A stretch of 64,000 nt of DNA from a virus. The position numbers and the translations under genes were made by a program. The stretch is taken from positions 18,867 through 82,866 of IMG/VR virus record IMGVR_UViG_3300037827_000415; one strand, given 5' to 3'. Below, one piece after another: positions 48,217-59,523 of the stretch (position 1 is its first letter; each line of letters starts with the position of its first letter). Below the pieces are notes generated by a model that searched no databases, was not told the DNA's origin, and saw nothing but the letters and a program-made list of their open reading frames with translations.

Positions 48217-48849
48217 ATGGATGATCCACTGAGCATCGACAAGGTGATCCGACGATTCGGCATGCCGGCGACCGTCACGAACGATCCCGGGTGGGACAAC
48301 GTGCTCGCCGTGGCCGGATACTCGACGCCCAACCTTCGTGGGTTGCTCAACAACCTGTGCCGGTTCGAGGGCTGCAATTACTTGGAGTGCGGCACGCTGC
48401 ACGGGGGCACGCTCGCGGCTGCGTCATACGAAAATCGCGGCCAGTTCATGGGCATCGACAACTTTTCGCAGTTCAGCGGCAATGTCGATCGGCTCGAAAA
48501 GACGTTCGCCGCGCTGCAGCCGCATTGCCACGCTCGGTTTCTCAACCGGAATTGCCTCACGGTCGATCTGCTGGAGTTGCCCACGGGGATCAACGTCCTC
48601 TTCTACGACGCCGAGCACTCCGAAGAATGCACGCGGGACACAATCGTCCGCTTCGATCCGCTGCTGGCCGACAAGTTCCTGCTCATCGTGGATGATTATT
48701 CGTGGCTCGGGCCGCGGCGTGGGGCTGAGGCGGCGATTAACCAGTTGGGATGGAACGTCCACATGCGGATCGGGATTGAGGATAATTTCAATCGAAGATC
48801 GTGGGGCGTGGGGCTGCTGATCGTGCTGGCGGAAAAGAGGAAAGCATGA
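48217..48849 (+). CDS. SAM-dependent methyltransferase (Methyltransf_24-like)
   Basis: YLECGTLHGGT, GIDNF, FYDAEH, IVDDY. Confidence 0.85.
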   Translation: MDDPLSIDKVIRRFGMPATVTNDPGWDNVLAVAGYSTPNLRGLLNNLCRFEGCNYLECGTLHGGTLAAASYENRGQFMGIDNFSQFSGNVDRLEKTFAALQPHCHARFLNRNCLTVDLLELPTGINVLFYDAEHSEECTRDTIVRFDPLLADKFLLIVDDYSWLGPRRGAEAAINQLGWNVHMRIGIEDNFNRRSWGVGLLIVLAEKRKA

Positions 48850-49997
48850 GCGAGCAAAGAGACAGGCAAGAGATTTTGCAGGTGATAACTGGGCTTGATC
48901 GATCCGCGGCCCAAATACCCGATGATCCGTTTTTGGCCGGCGGGATGAAAATGGCGGCGGATTTCCTTCGCTGGTCTATCTTCCAGCAACCGAAGCACGG
49001 AATCCAGTCGATACCGATGATGATAATGAACGCAAAGGCGGTTGCTTTAATTGGGACCGACGAATGACGCGAACACCGCGAAAGCCAAATGGAATCTTCG
49101 TCATCGTGATCGTCCTGCAAGGCAAACCGCTGATTATCACTGACTGCGACGATCCGCTCGCGACACCGGAGCCGCACGTTTTCCCGACTCTTGAAGATGC
49201 CCGCGAATTTACCTGTCAACCGCATGCCGGGATCATGGCAGCCGAATCGATCGTGATCCTCAATTGCATGACCGGCGAGACTGAGACGCTATGACCATCT
49301 ACATCAGCCGCGATCCCGAGTCCATTTCCACGAGCACGACAGAAATCTACTTCTGGGCACGTGAGCCACATTTGAGCAAGCACGACGGATGGATTCTGCA
49401 CGGCGGGGCTCCTCTTGGCGAGTTGCCCGTGTCGGCGTTCACGAACCCGATTGCTCCGGGGACGTGCGAGGCGATCAAAGGCGTGGCGGTGGAGTTACTT
49501 GAAGGCGAGTGATGTCCCAGCACTGGTCCGAAATGACGGAAGACGAGCAATCCAATTGGATCGATCGCGTCACGGAGTTCATCGAAGCGGAAAAGCCCGA
49601 TGGCGTCGAAGTGCTGGCCGCGTTCATCTCGGAAGATTCGATCGTTTTCGAGAGCACGCTGACTCCCAAGGATGGCGAGTTCGGGCCGATGCTGCGGCAA
49701 TTGGCGGATTATGCGGACGGGAACGATGGGGCGGTATAATCGGGGAGCGAAATGAAAACCGGCGATATCGTTTTCGGAATTGCCTGCATTGTCGTTTTCC
49801 TTGGGTTCACCCACTGGTTCGCGTGGTCGGTCGGCTTGGCAAATGGATGGGATAAAATCCGCACAGACGCCATCGAGAACGGAGCGGCCGAGTGGCGAAT
49901 CACGTACGATGGTCAGCGATATTTCTTCTGGTTTCCACAGCCAAAACGCGACGTGAATAAGATCGTTCACGCGGATCCCAAACCGCCCAAGGAATAA
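48846..49997 (+). CDS. Run of five small hypothetical ORFs
   Basis: About 70-80 aa each, mostly with 4-bp overlaps. Confidence 0.45.
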
Positions 49998-49999
49998 GC

Positions 50000-51331
50000 A
50001 TGGCAATCAATTACACGTCGAGCGGCGGCGTCTTCACGATCGTAGGCAAGCTGATCGGCCGCATCAACAGCTACTTTGCCCTCGGGGCCACAACGCTGCC
50101 CGCCGATCTGGTCACGCTTATCAACGCAATCGCCGCGGGAGAATTCGGCGACCTATTGGCGGGCATCAACGGCAATTACACATCGGCCATCAATTCGATC
50201 GTCAGCCTGCGATCCGCTCTCGCGGCGTTGGCCACGGGGCGAATGCTCGAATCCGATCTTACTGGATCACTCGAACTGACGACGGTCAACATCCAAAGCG
50301 TGATGGCCGCTCTCCTCGCTCAGATGGTCACAGACACGCAAACCGTACTGCAAAGCAATGTCACTGTCGGGAGCGTCACACCGGCCGCGGGCAACGTCGG
50401 CAACGGCACAATCCTGGTCAGCCCAATTCTCGATGGCGTGACCGCCCCGGCCAAGTTCGCGGTCGCCCAACCTGGATACAACGGCCTCACGTCGCAACTG
50501 CCGATCGCGGAGACGATGCTGATTACGTGCGTGAACGACAGCTACAGCGGCAACGTGCAGCCGGGGAATGAGGCGTTCCAAATCACGGGACCGATCGGGC
50601 AAACCAATGTCTGGGGCGTGGGAACCGAAGGCACGGGAGCCGGCCCGACGTTCAACACCGCTCAGGCGTCGTCCCTGTTGAGCAACGGCAGCTTCACCAC
50701 GTTCTCGGGAACGGTCCCCACGAGTTGGACGCTCACCGGACCTACGGCGGACTGTGCTCAGGACGTCACGACAGCAGTCCTTGGATCGTCGTCCGTCAAA
50801 CTCACTGGCGACAGCACGACAAATCCGCTGGTTCTCTCGCAAGCGATCAACCGCAGCAGCTTGACGCCGATGAAGCGGTATCTGGTCTGCGGCTATTACA
50901 AGGCGTCGGCGACGGCGGCCGGCTCGACGCTCACGGTCGCCTTCAGTGGCACCGGCTACAGCCCAGCGGGGAGCGAACAGTTTCAGGTCTCCGGGGCCGC
51001 GTGGGCGACGACCTGGACGTTCTTCTCATTCTGGATCAACTTGCCGAAGACGTTGCCAAGTCCGTGGACGCTCAATATTACGATCACGGGGCCGTTGCCC
51101 ACTGGTACAAGCCTTTGGTTCGACACGTTCGGGGTTGTGCAGGCACAGTTTGAGAACGGCTTGGGTTTCGCTGCCACGACTGGCGGCACGGCGTTCGTAA
51201 AGGGTGACAGTTTCAGCGTGGCGATCGGGAACGATAACGCTGGGGCCTTCCAGTTGTTTGGGCGAAGAAATTGGGGCGTGCAATTCCCCTCGTCCGCGAG
51301 TCCTACCATTCCGAATAGCTTGGCGACATAG
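50000..51331 (+). CDS. Virion structural protein with a CBM-like jelly-roll domain
   Basis: Thr/Gly/Ser-rich; LLSNGSF......SW through to LWFD is typical of CBM4/9-like modules. Confidence 0.55.
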   Translation: MAINYTSSGGVFTIVGKLIGRINSYFALGATTLPADLVTLINAIAAGEFGDLLAGINGNYTSAINSIVSLRSALAALATGRMLESDLTGSLELTTVNIQSVMAALLAQMVTDTQTVLQSNVTVGSVTPAAGNVGNGTILVSPILDGVTAPAKFAVAQPGYNGLTSQLPIAETMLITCVNDSYSGNVQPGNEAFQITGPIGQTNVWGVGTEGTGAGPTFNTAQASSLLSNGSFTTFSGTVPTSWTLTGPTADCAQDVTTAVLGSSSVKLTGDSTTNPLVLSQAINRSSLTPMKRYLVCGYYKASATAAGSTLTVAFSGTGYSPAGSEQFQVSGAAWATTWTFFSFWINLPKTLPSPWTLNITITGPLPTGTSLWFDTFGVVQAQFENGLGFAATTGGTAFVKGDSFSVAIGNDNAGAFQLFGRRNWGVQFPSSASPTIPNSLAT

Positions 51332-51340
51332 GAGCGAAAA

Positions 51341-51577
51341 GTGCCGAAGTTTAGAAAAAAGCCGACCGTGATCGAGGCGAATCAGTTCCAGCATCCGGCG
51401 ACCGGAGCACTCGGCACATGTACTGAGGAAGACGGACGAGCGTACGTCGTCACGGCTCACGAGCAAAAGGTCTACCTTGAGCCCGGCGACTGGATCGTGG
51501 CCGAGCCCGGCAAGCCTAATCGCTTCTATCCGATCAAGCCGGATATTTTCGCCGAGACTTACGAGCGAGTCGAATGA
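51341..51577 (+). CDS. Conserved small phage protein (PGDWI type)
   Basis: KFRKKP..IEA.Q...PGDWIV...YP.KPDIF..TYE. Confidence 0.7.
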   Translation: MPKFRKKPTVIEANQFQHPATGALGTCTEEDGRAYVVTAHEQKVYLEPGDWIVAEPGKPNRFYPIKPDIFAETYERVE

Positions 51578-51990
51578 CCCGCGCCACCCTCACCCGCGGC
51601 CGTTCAGTCGCCGAACAACTCGGCCTGAAGGCGAAGCATTCCAAGTATCGCAACGTCAAAACCGTCGTGGACGGGATTACGTTCGACTCGCGAGCGGAGG
51701 CCCGTCGTTGGCGAACGCTCCGCATGCTCGAACGTGTCGGAGAGATCATCAACCTGCGGCGTCAGGTGAAGTTCTCGCTCGACGTGAACGGCGTCCACAT
51801 TTGCGATTACGTTTGCGACTTTATCTATGGCCACTGTCGCCAGTCCCGGCCGATCACTGTCATTGAGGACGTGAAATCGATCGCGACCATGACGCCGGCC
51901 TATCGCTTGAAGAAAAAGCTAATGAAGGCCATTTACGGGATTGAAATTGTCGAGGTCGGCGTGCGGAAGAAAAAGCGGAGGCGGAAATGA
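51574..51990 (+). CDS. DUF1064 PD-(D/E)XK nuclease
   Basis: SKYRN.K..VDGITFDS..EA.R, Y.CDF.Y, IEDVK. Confidence 0.85.
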   Translation: MTRATLTRGRSVAEQLGLKAKHSKYRNVKTVVDGITFDSRAEARRWRTLRMLERVGEIINLRRQVKFSLDVNGVHICDYVCDFIYGHCRQSRPITVIEDVKSIATMTPAYRLKKKLMKAIYGIEIVEVGVRKKKRRRK

Positions 51991-52479
51991 GCAAGAGCCG
52001 ATTCCCGATCTCGATTCAGGAACTTGAGTCGTCGATTGCTCGTTGCCGAATCGCGATTGCCGCGAAGAAAAAGGAACGCGACGAGTGCGACCGTCTGATT
52101 CGTGAATATGAGGCGATCATCGAAGATGAGCAACGCGGCCTGAACGTGTTGCGGGTGGCCGACGATGCCGCTTGAACTGCTCCAGTCACTGGATAACAGG
52201 GACGACCGCAAGCAAATCTGGATCTGCTTGCAATTCCTCACCGACGCCGAGCGGCTCGATTTCCTGCTCTGGTGCCGCGATCAGACCAACGAGCGGATCA
52301 GGCTGCGGCACAACCCTCCGTGGACCTTCGTGAAGGTCGAGAACACGACGTGCGGGCACTTGGCGGAGACGTACACGGACCTCGCTCTCATGTGCAGCGA
52401 GTTTGAACTGGATCAGTCCGTGGTGCTCCGCGAACTGGAGCGTCGAGCGGCGATGAAGCGTGTGAAGTTCGGGATTTGA
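51987..52479 (+). CDS. Two small hypothetical ORFs (51987-52175, 52165-52479)
   Basis: Operon packing. Confidence 0.45.
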
Positions 52480-52726
52480 GTTCCGACAATTCGGCGATGC
52501 GTTGTGCAATCTGCTGATCGTCAAGCGTGTTTGGATGATCGCGGAGCCAACGCCAAAAATTCTGCTTGCGGCGATGGAATTCGCAGTAGTAATTGCCGTC
52601 TATTGTGGCTTGTCCACATTTTCCGCATAGGCCGTGGCGGCGGTAGAACCTCATTCTCTGCCGCTGCCGTTCTCGGCGACGGTTCCATGCGGGGGTGCCA
52701 CGTTTCGGCTGTCGAAACGGGCTCAT
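52388..52726 (-). CDS. Basic Zn-finger protein
   Basis: GLCGKC...CEFH, similar to 43504..43713. Confidence 0.45.
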   Translation of the reverse strand: MSPFRQPKRGTPAWNRRRERQRQRMRFYRRHGLCGKCGQATIDGNYYCEFHRRKQNFWRWLRDHPNTLDDQQIAQRIAELSELKSRTSHASSPLDAPVRGAPRTDPVQTRCT

Positions 52727-53241
52727 GCCGTTGGCGTGGTGGCCGGCGTTTCAGGGGCCGCTGCCGCGGGGGTGGTAAGCGTCGGCGTGCTGCCGTCCTC
52801 GGGACGCACGTTCGTCATTTGGAACATCCCATTTGCTGGCAATGTCGCTGCGGCCGGTGCGGTCAAATCGACGACGTAGCTCCCGGTCAGCGGCGGCGAC
52901 TGGACAATTCCGTTGTCCTCGATAATCGACGCTCCAATGCTCGAAGTGTCTGGCACCCCAACAATGGCCAGCGTGTTAACGGCCGGGCCGACGTCCTGAG
53001 TGAGCGGAGCGGATGTGCCGACCGTCGCCGCGAAGTGCTGAACTTTGACGCCGCTTGTCGCCGGAACCCAAGTCACAACCACGTCGCAGATCTGTCCCAT
53101 TTTCCCAGCCCTTATGCGTGTGATCCTGAAATTTAAGAGCACCGCCTGCGGCGTCGGCCGCAGACGTTTCGCGACTTCTTTTGTGACCGCGTCGACCAGC
53201 TTATCAAATGCGTCGGTCGGCTGCGGCTTGTGCTTCGCCAT
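52723..53241 (-). CDS. Hypothetical protein with a beta-sandwich-like domain
   Basis: Thr/Val/Pro-rich. Confidence 0.45.
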   Translation of the reverse strand: MAKHKPQPTDAFDKLVDAVTKEVAKRLRPTPQAVLLNFRITRIRAGKMGQICDVVVTWVPATSGVKVQHFAATVGTSAPLTQDVGPAVNTLAIVGVPDTSSIGASIIEDNGIVQSPPLTGSYVVDLTAPAAATLPANGMFQMTNVRPEDGSTPTLTTPAAAAPETPATTPTA

Positions 53242-53271
53242 TGGCCCGCTCTTTCGCTCAGTGGGCCAGTC

Positions 53272-53700
53272 TCACCACGCCCGAACGTTCACGCCGAATA
53301 GGCCCGCATGATAGCGATAACGTCGATAGCCGGCCGGAATCTGCGGCGGTGCCGCGGCGTAGGCCGGCACGAACGCGGGGACTGGGGCTGCGTAAACGCT
53401 CACCGCGGGAGCGGCGTAGGCGTAAGAGACGACGGGGGCCGAGACGATCGGTGCGGAATAAACCTCAGTTACCGGGGCCGAGTAGACCGGCGTGCTTGCC
53501 ACGGAATAACTCGGCATCGCGTACGAGTAGCTTGCCGGGGGAGCGGCGAACGCAGCGGCTGGGGCCGAGCAATTCGGGGCGGCACCGAACGATGCGGGCT
53601 GGCTGCAATTCGGAGCAGCCATTGGAGCACCGTAATATTGAGCCTGGGCCGAAGCGGCGAGTGCGATCAGGAGCGAAGCGGCGAGTGCGAAGCAATACAT
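53272..53700 (-). CDS. Secreted low-complexity protein with APNCS and YSAP repeats
   Basis: Signal peptide ending AQA; AAPNCSQP and AAPNCSAP. Confidence 0.65.
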   Translation of the reverse strand: MYCFALAASLLIALAASAQAQYYGAPMAAPNCSQPASFGAAPNCSAPAAAFAAPPASYSYAMPSYSVASTPVYSAPVTEVYSAPIVSAPVVSYAYAAPAVSVYAAPVPAFVPAYAAAPPQIPAGYRRYRYHAGLFGVNVRAW

Positions 53701-53710
53701 GGGAATCCTT

Positions 53711-53944
53711 TCAGAACATGGAAGCGAGAAACTTGAGAGCGATCACGCCGACGAACACGGCGACGAGAATCCAAGCGACCGTGAACACCCAGCCGGGGAT
53801 TTCCATCCCCATCGCACGGACGATCACGATTGTAATGGCGATCGCCGCAACAATCACGATCACGATGATGAGCAACTGGACGATGCTGTAACCGCCGAAC
53901 GCCCCAACGCCACCGCCGGCCACTTGTGCGAGAATCGAGAGCAT
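53711..53944 (-). CDS. Small two-TM membrane protein
   Basis: Two long hydrophobic helices. Confidence 0.6.
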   Translation of the reverse strand: MLSILAQVAGGGVGAFGGYSIVQLLIIVIVIVAAIAITIVIVRAMGMEIPGWVFTVAWILVAVFVGVIALKFLASMF

Positions 53945-53947
53945 GGA

Positions 53948-55507
53948 TCACTTTGCCTTCGCCGCATGCCTCTTTATGAGTTCCGCGGTCTTTCGGTTGT
54001 TTTCGGCCACCCAGTGGTTGAACAATTTTCGCTGACGTGCGTCCTCGGCCACGGTGATTGTCGTCGATTCCATTGGCTGAGGCGGGGCCGGCTTAGTGTC
54101 AAACAGCAAGCAGTCCAGTGAGACGTGCAAAGCGACTGCCGCGACGAACCAAAAGCACCTCATGCCGTTTCCTTTTCCGGCTTGCCCCAACCATTCTTCG
54201 CGGCCTGATCTTCGTTGAACTGGACCATGTTTGGATGCTGGTTGAACAGCGGATGTTCGCCGCAGACGAGCGTTTTCCGCATCGACGTGAACGTCGCAAT
54301 CCAGCCGACGCCAACTCCGCCGTTCTGATGGCCGGGGGCGAGCACCCTCTGCTGCGGGACTGGAATCGGGTGAGAGTCCGGCGGTCGTCGGTGGCAGGCC
54401 ACCTCTGGATAATCCTTCGGTGCCCCCTCCAGCGGGAAGGCGAAGGGGCAGTTGCCACAGCAGACTTCGGGCAGGCGGCCGTCAGTTTTGTATTCGCTCA
54501 TTTGTGGCCTTTCGCTCGCTCGTCAGGATCGGAAAATCGACCGCCGCAAAAGTTGATCGCCAGTACGCCGACGCCACAAAGTTTCGCGTCAACGAGAATC
54601 AACTTTTTCCCGCGTTTGAACTTCTCAAACCACGGGGTCACGTCTCCAAGATCTGTGCTCAGCATCACGATTCCATAGGCTTTGCCTGTCGGCCCATCAA
54701 AGGTGACTTGTGCCGAATAAACTTCGCCTTTCACCCCTTCAGTCGTCACGAATTCGCACGGCCAATTCTGAACCTTGCGGTAATCAACCCACGGTTTAGC
54801 CCATTGGTAAAACTTCTTCATCTTGGGATTCTTCTGGTCCCATTCGTTTTCGTCCGGCTCGAGAGTCGGCTTGTTCGCCAAGAATAGCGGTACGAATTCT
54901 TCCATCTTCACGAGCGGTCGCGTATCGGGCTTCGGCACCCGCAGCGACGGAATCACCTCCAGTCGCTTCTGCATTTCGTCGATTCGCTTCTCAATTGCCG
55001 CGATACGTTCCTCAACCGTTGGCGCTCCGGGCGGAGGAAACGGTCCTTTTTTTGCTGCGGCTGGCGACCCAGTGAATGCGACAACTGCGGCAATCGCAGC
55101 CACGCAAATGAGTCCACTGGCACTTTTCGCAATTCGCTCTTCAATGCTCATTTCGCTCACTTATCCAAATGGATCGGATCGGTTTTCTTAATCGCTCCGC
55201 CAAGAAACAATTGCTCCGGCCCCTTGCCGTGCAGGATTCGCTCAATCTTGTCGTCGATCGCGTCGAGTTTTGATTCGATCGCAGTCAGTTGCCTGAAGTT
55301 GTTGTTCAGGCACTTTTCTTGCCGATCGGCGATCGCTTCAAGTTCGTGGATTCTCGCGTCGTGATCCTTGGTCGATGACCAAACCTGAACGGGCCACATG
55401 CCAAACCGCCAGCACAAGATGGCGGCAATGACGGCCACTAAGAGGATCGAAGCGAAGGTGGCCTTATTCATGGGTCGGGCCAATTTAATACGAGAACACC
55501 TCGGCAT
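53948..55507 (-). CDS. Four hypothetical ORFs, several with signal or TM segments (53948-54190, 54160-54501, 54498-55160, 55157-55507)
   Basis: ORF track and overlapping junctions. Confidence 0.45.
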
Positions 55508-56126
55508 AAGAAAGTGCCACGGTCAGCCGCACCGTTCCCGTCGCCGTAAACACGACTCCCGATTGAATCACGATTCCCTCATTCAAGCTCAGGCAAATCG
55601 GATGCTGCCCGTTCGACGTTTTGGCGTTGTAGACCAGTGGCGGCAGAGCCGTCGCCGTCGACAGATACGATCCACTTGAGGCGAACGGGTTCGCGTCGAG
55701 CGTTCGCACGCCGGCCGTCAGCGGTCCAGTGGTCGCGATCCGCATGTCCGCCATCAGCGACGGCCCCATGATCGTGCGGGCCTTCTGGTAGTTCTGCTTC
55801 GTCGTGGTAAACGGCGTGAAAGCGGTGCCGCCGGAGTCCGCCACGGTGAAGCTGCGGGCGATGAATGCATTCCACGTTAATTCGAGCGGCGACCCGAACG
55901 CCGTGACCGTGGCCCCGGTGACAACCAGACTTGTAATCAGGCACTGCGGATACGACGTGCCGGAAGGATCAGTCTGGGCAGGCGGTGCCCAAAGCAGCGA
56001 GAATACTGGCGAGTTCGCGAGGACGCCCGTGCTTGTGACCAGCCCGGACTGCACGGCGATGTTGTAATGGCCGTACTGGATTCCGGTCGCTTTGTTCGTG
56101 ATGTTGAACGGGCTGTTCCAGGTCAT
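55485..56126 (-). CDS. Putative structural protein
   Basis: Thr/Gly/Ala-rich beta composition. Confidence 0.45.
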   Translation of the reverse strand: MTWNSPFNITNKATGIQYGHYNIAVQSGLVTSTGVLANSPVFSLLWAPPAQTDPSGTSYPQCLITSLVVTGATVTAFGSPLELTWNAFIARSFTVADSGGTAFTPFTTTKQNYQKARTIMGPSLMADMRIATTGPLTAGVRTLDANPFASSGSYLSTATALPPLVYNAKTSNGQHPICLSLNEGIVIQSGVVFTATGTVRLTVALSYAEVFSY

Positions 56127-58057
56127 TGCGGGGGTCTCTTCTCCCAACTGTGCCGACGCATCTCTCGCTGGAACCTTTCCGGCCGAACAATGGGGCCGCG
56201 AATTTCGTCGAGAGTGTCCGCGTCAACGTCATTACGCAAGACGCGAATCATTCGATGGCCATCACAAATCGTATATCCCATGCCCACGAGCCACTGGGCA
56301 TCCGCGAAACGCCGAACCCAATAAAACTCGCCGTCTTTTAAGTCTGCCGGCTTGACCAAGGGATAGTCTGTAGTCATCCGCCGAGCTCCTCCATCGATCC
56401 ATGACGCCCGTATCCAGTCGGCGGCATCGCACGACTGGGCCGCTGCGGCACCGGATCAGGCTTGAACCGCTCCAAGTGCTTCGCGTCCCGCGTGATCGTG
56501 ACAACCGGCTCGGGCTCAAGCACGAATGAAACCGTCGACTGGATCGCTTTGAATTTCGTCAGACTGCGGAGCATGCCAAAGAACGATTCCAAATCCTGCG
56601 GCATCACCTCTTGCTGAGCATGGCCGTGGTCTGGGCCGCCTTGCACCTTGATCGTGAACTGCTGCGGCAGGAACGCCTTGGCCACTGAATTATCCGGCGT
56701 GAGCCGCGTGGATAGCCAGTAGATTGCGAGTACGACGACTGCGATCGATGCGAGGATCACGACCGTGGTTTCGGTGACGGCGAGCATTGCTTTACCCCTG
56801 CGGCTGCGGTTTCGGTGCCGTCGTGTAGAAGTTCCCGCGTCGTCGGATCGCACAACGGAACGAGTTCGGATTCTCTTGATGCGTGCGGTGCAGGGCTTCC
56901 AGGTGAGCCATGATTTGCGTCCGGCCGATGTTGCCCACGCGGCGATTCCGCTGGGCGATATATTCATAAACCCGCCGGGCCGCGTCAATCCCGTGTTGCT
57001 CGTACATGCCACGCACGAGCATTCGGGCCATCGGCACTTGCATGTCTTCGGCGAGGAACGATGACAGCCAGCGGCAAAGGGCTTGCTCAACCGTCTCACC
57101 TTCGCCGACGAGCGGCGTTTGGCCGGGGAGCAGACCGTTCACGGATTCGTCAGGCTTCTTGCCCTTTTCGCTCATTGGCAGCACGCCCGCAAAAGATATG
57201 AGCCGACCACGATTGCGATGATGAACGCGATCGAACTGCCGGCGATGATGATGGTCGCTTGACGTTCGCTCATGCGGCGACCCCCGCAGAGGTTAACCGC
57301 CCAAACGCTTCGCGGCAATCCTTCTCTCTCGCCTTGAATCGCGGATTGCCGTGATCGTTCTCCGCACGCAGGAACAACGCATGGACCGCTTGCTCGCACG
57401 GCACGAATGGGCCGCCGTCGAGGAACGCGATCGCGACCGTGCATTCCAGGATTCGTCGCGTGAGTTGAATCTTGCGATGCGAGTCCAGCAGCGAGCCGCG
57501 TTCGCGGAGTTCGTCTTTGGCGTTGACGATGACCGCGTTGAGCACGTCCTTCGCCGTGCGTTGCTTATCGCTCGCGAGTTCGCTCATGCCGCCATCGTGG
57601 CAAAGTTAGGGCCGGAATTGCAAGGGGAAATGGGAATTCAGCGACCGGCGACAGTGCTTTGCTGATCGCAACAGTCGACTGCGGATGCTTTCGATTCAGG
57701 CTTGCAGTAGCACCGTTCGCAAAGTCGCTCGTCGCCATGATGATGGTAGCCGGGATCGGCCTCGCTGCTTCCGTCATTTGGAAAGCCGATCGTCGTGCCG
57801 CACCAATCGCATGCGTCCTTCCCCTCAAACCATCGCTTGATCGCGATGCTGTCGCCCACAATTTTGTGAAGCACCTGAACATGGTGCCTGCCGGTAAACA
57901 GGAGTTTGATGCGATCCAGTAATGAAAAGCGAATGTCGATTTCGCTCATCGTCGTGGCGAAAGGGTCGTCAATCGGCTGATTCCTCACGGTCCTTCCGTC
58001 AACGACCGTCTCAGCGGCTAAATGCCGCTTCATAAATCCGCTCATGATGTCTCGCAT
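56123..58057 (-). CDS. Run of small hypothetical ORFs (56123-56377, 56374-56787, 56792-57184, 57270-57587, 57638-58057)
   Basis: ORF track and packing. Confidence 0.4.
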
Positions 58058-58074
58058 TGTTTCGCTCCTTAGTT

Positions 58075-59523
58075 TCAGGCCGCAGCAACACTCATCACGA
58101 CCTTAGTTCCGATCGGCAACGCCCGCACGGCCGGCTCGTTGTACGGGCTCGTCGTTCCGTAGAGTCCGCCAGTTGGAGCAACGACCGTCTCGGTTGTCGG
58201 GCGATAAGCCGGATTCACAAAAACGGCGTTCGCCGCCGCGATTGCTTCCGTGATTTCAGGCACGTTGCGAAGATCGTAAGGCCCGCTCTTTTCCGAGACG
58301 CCCGCAGCCCAGATCGCGTTGATTGCCCACGAGTAGAGATTGCAGGCGTCGACGTCCGCCTTGGCAAACTGAAATGCCGATGACAGCATGTCGCCCGCGA
58401 GGTATTGCTCGGCGTCGAACGGATTGCCAGTTGACTGAAACTGCGGCCCGTACTCGCTGATCACCGTGGGCATCTCTTGGCCCGTGGTCGGCTTAATCCA
58501 TTTACAGGCCCCACAGACCGTCGAGAGTCGCGGCCGTGCGTCGGGCGGATTCGCTCCCGGCAGACCAACGTAGAACCCGGGGCCGTCCGTGAGTGGGCCG
58601 CCAGTGTAGACGTGCCCCGAAATGAAATCGCCGACCGCGAGCGAACTGGCCAGCATCGCGTACGGCCCGTTGCCGAAGAACGTGTTGACCGTGAACAGAG
58701 CGTTCGGCTGAATCTTTTTGAGATTCGTTATCCGCTGATATTGGGCGGCAATTTCCGTGTCTGCCCAAAACTTGTTGACGGCGGTTTGCCCCGTCAGACC
58801 GGGGTTTTGTTTCTGCCAAGCCGTGAACGCTGCCGAGCGGGCGGCCTCCAGCTTCGGCTTCGTCGTGGCACTGAAACTCCACTGGCCGGCTTTGACGACC
58901 GGGTTTTCGTTTTCGAGTTCATAGCCGACAAACGCCTGATCGTCGCCGATCAAGTTGGCGATTTGCGTGTCAAACTGCATCAACAACGGCTGGAGCGTTT
59001 GCGTGTCGAAGAGATCCCACGGTGGCGACTGCCCCGCCTGTCCCGGTTCCCACGACTGAGCAAGGCACTCTTGGGCGAGCGGGCTCGGGTTCGTCCCAAG
59101 ATCGGCCGCACAAAGGAATCGCTTGTAGTGCAGGGGGATCATGTAATAGATGCCCCGCTGCGAGCACTCCGACAGGAACCACTTCAATGCGGCAGCTTTG
59201 CCCGCGTCGAACTGCGTCGTCAGAAAACAGTTGAGCGTCGCACTCCATTGGAAGATCGGATTGATGTTGCAGGCGTCGATGCCGAGAACGCGGATGAAGC
59301 GGACGCCCAGTTTGAGCAAGCGGTCCAGTTCAGCGACATAGACGGCCTGTTGTTTCGGATCGACCTGGAGCACGCCACCCACTGGATTGCAGATGCCCCA
59401 GATGCAACTGGCGTCGAAGTTCACGCCGGGGAACGCGACTCGCTGTCCGCCGATGGCGAAGTGGCCGTTGAGGACGGTTGTGTAGCCGGATCCGACTGGT
59501 GGCGGTGCGAGTGTTGCGGTCAT
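58075..59523 (-). CDS. Clan GH-A (GH5-like) glycoside hydrolase
   Basis: F.GVN, LGVRFIRV, acid/base LENEN, HVY, nucleophile VISEYG. Confidence 0.75.
   Translation of the reverse strand: MTATLAPPPVGSGYTTVLNGHFAIGGQRVAFPGVNFDASCIWGICNPVGGVLQVDPKQQAVYVAELDRLLKLGVRFIRVLGIDACNINPIFQWSATLNCFLTTQFDAGKAAALKWFLSECSQRGIYYMIPLHYKRFLCAADLGTNPSPLAQECLAQSWEPGQAGQSPPWDLFDTQTLQPLLMQFDTQIANLIGDDQAFVGYELENENPVVKAGQWSFSATTKPKLEAARSAAFTAWQKQNPGLTGQTAVNKFWADTEIAAQYQRITNLKKIQPNALFTVNTFFGNGPYAMLASSLAVGDFISGHVYTGGPLTDGPGFYVGLPGANPPDARPRLSTVCGACKWIKPTTGQEMPTVISEYGPQFQSTGNPFDAEQYLAGDMLSSAFQFAKADVDACNLYSWAINAIWAAGVSEKSGPYDLRNVPEITEAIAAANAVFVNPAYRPTTETVVAPTGGLYGTTSPYNEPAVRALPIGTKVVMSVAAA

Noticed and set aside
56792-57184. 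Candidate small terminase subunit
   Set aside because: No recognisable motif and not directly upstream of terL; unsupported.
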